The notes under the pieces were generated by a model. The model was not told the DNA's origin. It did no database searches and saw only the letters and a list, made by a program, of their open reading frames with translations. 64,000 nucleotides of DNA from Glaucostegus cemiculus (Eukaryota). Each line of letters starts with the position of its first letter. Positions within the stretch are counted from its first letter, which is position 1. Location of the stretch: assembly GCA_976551045.1 (NCBI GenBank), contig CDPCPM010000418.1, positions 5,456,001-5,520,000 on the forward strand, in the 5' to 3' direction. This document shows, piece by piece, positions 63,127 to 64,000 of this stretch. The position numbers were made by a program, and so were the translations under genes.

Positions 63127-64000
63127 CTGAAAGAGAAACAGAAAGGTTATATCCTGTTGGCAACTCTCTGTTATCATGCTAGAGCTAATAAAAGCCAGGT
63201 CACTTTATACCAAGTTGCTTAATATTGGAGGTAATAAACACAATCAAAATCTACTCAAGAATGTAACAGAACATACAAAAGTTTCTAGAGGCAATGCCAC
63301 GTTTGATCAGCTTTGCAGAAATTTTCAAATAAGAAATTGAACAGCAAATGAAATAGACATAATCAGGCAGATTTTCCATTGCTCCAAAAATCACTGGCTG
63401 CATGCCCTGTACTACACTGTTTATTTCAGCCTAGTCCTGGCACAGTCTTCCATGGTCAGCCCGGCTCCCAGCACTTCAGAGTGGTTGGGTGAAGCAAGGG
63501 TTCATCATCACTATTGCCTGGGTCACTGGATGCTTCATCAATGCTGAATCAAAGGCATTTTGGATTATAAAAATATTTTCAAATATTAAAAATATTAGGA
63601 AATAGGTTTGTACTTTAATACATTAAAACCACACACACACACACAGTAAATGACAGTTAAAAACACTGAGTAAATCTAATTGAATAAAAACATATTATGG
63701 AAACACTGAGTAATCCCGACCATAAATAAACAGTGATTCAGAACAGATACTATGAGTAATCCCTATCATCCTGGATAAGCATTTATATTGTATCATAGAT
63801 GATACAAACAGTAGCTGGCTGGCTGAAGACTCAATGGACAAACATCCCAGCCTGAAGAGCACAAGGATGGCGCAGCAGCTCTGCAAATATTGCACAGCTC
63901 CAGCAAGCCGTGTTCAATTCTGACTTCTGGTGCTGTCTGTGTGGAGTTTGCTTGTTCACTCTGTGACTACATACATTTTTTCTAGGTACTCCAGTTTCCT

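Overview
Vertebrate genomic DNA, most likely from a cartilaginous fish (shark or ray), inferred from the repeat content: CR1/HER1-type LINEs, tRNA-headed V-SINE/HE1-like SINEs, Rex1-like LINEs and Penelope-like pLTR fragments. Two host genes lie in tandem on the minus strand. The first is the 3' half of MFRP: seven exons (63126->48845) encoding LDLa-CUB-LDLa-Frizzled CRD, with the 5' exons beyond the right edge. The second is the complete C1QTNF5/CTRP5 coding sequence: two coding exons (42881->38147, 244 aa), plus a candidate first exon ending at 46618. All exon boundaries are GT-AG and phase-compatible. The left 38 kb has no recognisable host gene and is mostly transposon debris. The most notable observations are: (1) a young, nearly intact CR1 LINE in an MFRP intron whose ORF1/ORF2 junction is a correctly phased U_UUA_AAC -1 frameshift slippery site directly before the ORF1 stop; (2) the MFRP-C1QTNF5 tandem arrangement, dicistronic in mammals, is preserved with signals that could permit read-through; (3) minimal hammerhead-ribozyme motifs in Penelope-like repeats; (4) SINEs sharing one head but carrying two different LINE-derived tails. 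Repeat boundaries are approximate, and family names come from motif recognition rather than database search.
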